A stretch of 32,000 nucleotides of DNA from Pyrolobus fumarii 1A. Lineage in GTDB: Archaea > Thermoproteota > Thermoprotei_A > Sulfolobales > Pyrodictiaceae. The stretch covers positions 930,001-962,000 of the forward strand of contig NC_015931.1 of NCBI RefSeq assembly GCF_000223395.1, written 5' to 3'. The position numbers and the translations under genes were made by a program. This document shows positions 31,821 through 32,000 of the stretch, piece by piece; positions within the stretch are counted from its first letter, which is position 1; every line of letters begins with the position of its first letter. The notes beneath the pieces are model-generated. The model made no database searches, was not told the DNA's origin, and saw only the letters and a program-made list of their open reading frames with translations.

Positions 31821-32000
31821 CTACCAAGTTATCTCGGAGTACACTTTGACCATGCTAGCTTCTCCGATACGTGTTAATGCAGCGTGAACAACCAAGAGTT
31901 CTCTCCTTGCACTCCTGCGACATTCACAACAATACCCTCGGTTTCTCCAGATCGTTACACTAAGACGCTTGGAGCTTGCTGCCTCTAAAACTACCCATCT
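31821..32000 (-). CDS. Possible 3' end of a gene entering from the right edge
   Basis: Hand translation of the minus strand from base 32000 is open for 59 codons (…RNRGYCCECRRSARRELLVVHAALTRIGEASMVKVYSEITW) to TAG at 31823-31821. No family recognised. Confidence 0.25.
   Translation of the reverse strand, partial: RWVVLEAASSKRLSVTIWRNRGYCCECRRSARRELLVVHAALTRIGEASMVKVYSEITW

Noticed and set aside
1-32000. CRISPR arrays, IS elements/transposases, integrases, rRNA
   Set aside because: I found no regularly spaced direct repeats, no terminal inverted repeats flanking a transposase-like ORF and no rRNA-like segments when reading the spacers and the ORF track.

Overview
Densely coding archaeal chromosomal segment, moderately GC-rich by eye with several AT-rich patches. 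I read it as a hyperthermophilic crenarchaeon. Desulfurococcales/Pyrodictiaceae-like is my best guess, based on a KvAP-like K+ channel, an ESCRT-III/CdvB paralog, class I LysRS, TFE, aMBF1, a C/D box sRNA and the gene order. No database search was possible. Bases 1-7109: alaS (minus strand, runs off the left edge), then the conserved archaeal translation/secretion cluster rpl39e-rpl31e-eif6-rplX-pfdA-ftsY-secE-spt5-rpl11-rpl1-rplP0. Bases 7116-11558: a pterin/C1-carrier-like cluster (PTPS-like, DUF447-like, MptE-like kinase, flavoprotein-ferredoxin fusion) tightly packed with a PNP/UDP-family and an HDAC-family gene. Then class I lysS, one convincing C/D box sRNA (13905-13961, minus), gcvT, the K+ channel, the CdvB paralog, feoA, proC, a membrane-anchored glycoprotein and a pyruvoyl SpeH-type decarboxylase. 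Accessory-looking content: a lone octahaem c-type cytochrome (20686-21849); a stand-alone protein carrying the ArcS-type PC-X3-KPY-X2-S-X2-H motif; a small-protein plus double-HTH pair; and an AT-rich island (24080-28088) with an ABC ATPase divergent from four exported or membrane proteins. In that island the first two genes are each split between a signal-peptide mini-ORF and a +1-frame body. Further right lie an apparently orphan m5C DNA methyltransferase next to tfe and mbf1, and a secreted protein with a clan-CD (gingipain-like) His/Cys pattern. I found no CRISPR array, rRNA, tRNA or recognisable transposase. All product calls come from my own motif recognition on the supplied or hand-made translations.
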